A DNA stretch of 64,000 nt, taken from Nitrospirota bacterium (GTDB taxonomy: Bacteria > Nitrospirota > UBA9217). The notes under the pieces were generated by a model. That model made no database searches, was not told the DNA's origin, and saw nothing but the letters and a program-made list of their open reading frames with translations. Location of the stretch: positions 1 through 64,000 of the forward strand of contig CAVUHW010000008.1 of the NCBI GenBank assembly GCA_963741205.1, given 5' to 3'. Shown piece after piece: positions 63,923 to 64,000 of this stretch; position 1 is the first letter of the stretch, and every line of letters begins with the position of its first letter. The translations under genes and the position numbers were made by a program.

Positions 63923-64000
63923 GATGACACACTTACGGCGCTTCTTTTCAACGCTTGATATGTTCGCGCGAATGTTTGCACAACTCTTTATGCCCATCCC

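Overview
A GC-rich (roughly 55%) bacterial chromosome segment; gene style and content suggest Nitrospirota or a deltaproteobacteria-like lineage (inference only). Single-base indels break many genes, including housekeeping ones (lgt, pstS, pstB), so most frameshifts are probably long-read assembly errors. From left to right: (1) an apparently complete IS607-family element (tnpA serine recombinase + 512-aa TnpB); (2) remnants of a flagellar/chemotaxis locus (flgM with a consensus sigma-28 promoter, fliA, sigma-54 activator, IS1380 remnant, cheR tail, cheD, cheB); (3) phoB-phoR, then a LysR gene divergent from three tandem tupA-like binding proteins with no permease; (4) a ~13-kb phosphate-starvation island where seven promoters share one architecture (four phased Pho half-sites plus a -10 at a fixed distance), covering a GH1, a pentapeptide protein, small Cys-rich and three-helix proteins, ArsC, PHP + GT21 glycosyltransferase, kinases and pstSCAB-phoU; (5) signalling genes and a candidate new quorum-sensing module: PhcB-like methyltransferase, FabG, KS/CLF pair, FabZ, ACP, a truncated FAD oxidoreductase and a membrane hybrid kinase whose sensor domain lies in an AT-rich block; (6) an SOS-box-controlled umuD-like gene and a dinB-like gene separated by ~6.8 kb of co-oriented cassette-like genes with degenerate attC-like remnants; (7) housekeeping genes (udg, lgt, Ap4A phosphorylase, infA, gmhA, rsmA, peptide ABC permeases, deoxynucleoside kinase). 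No rRNA, tRNA or CRISPR array was seen.
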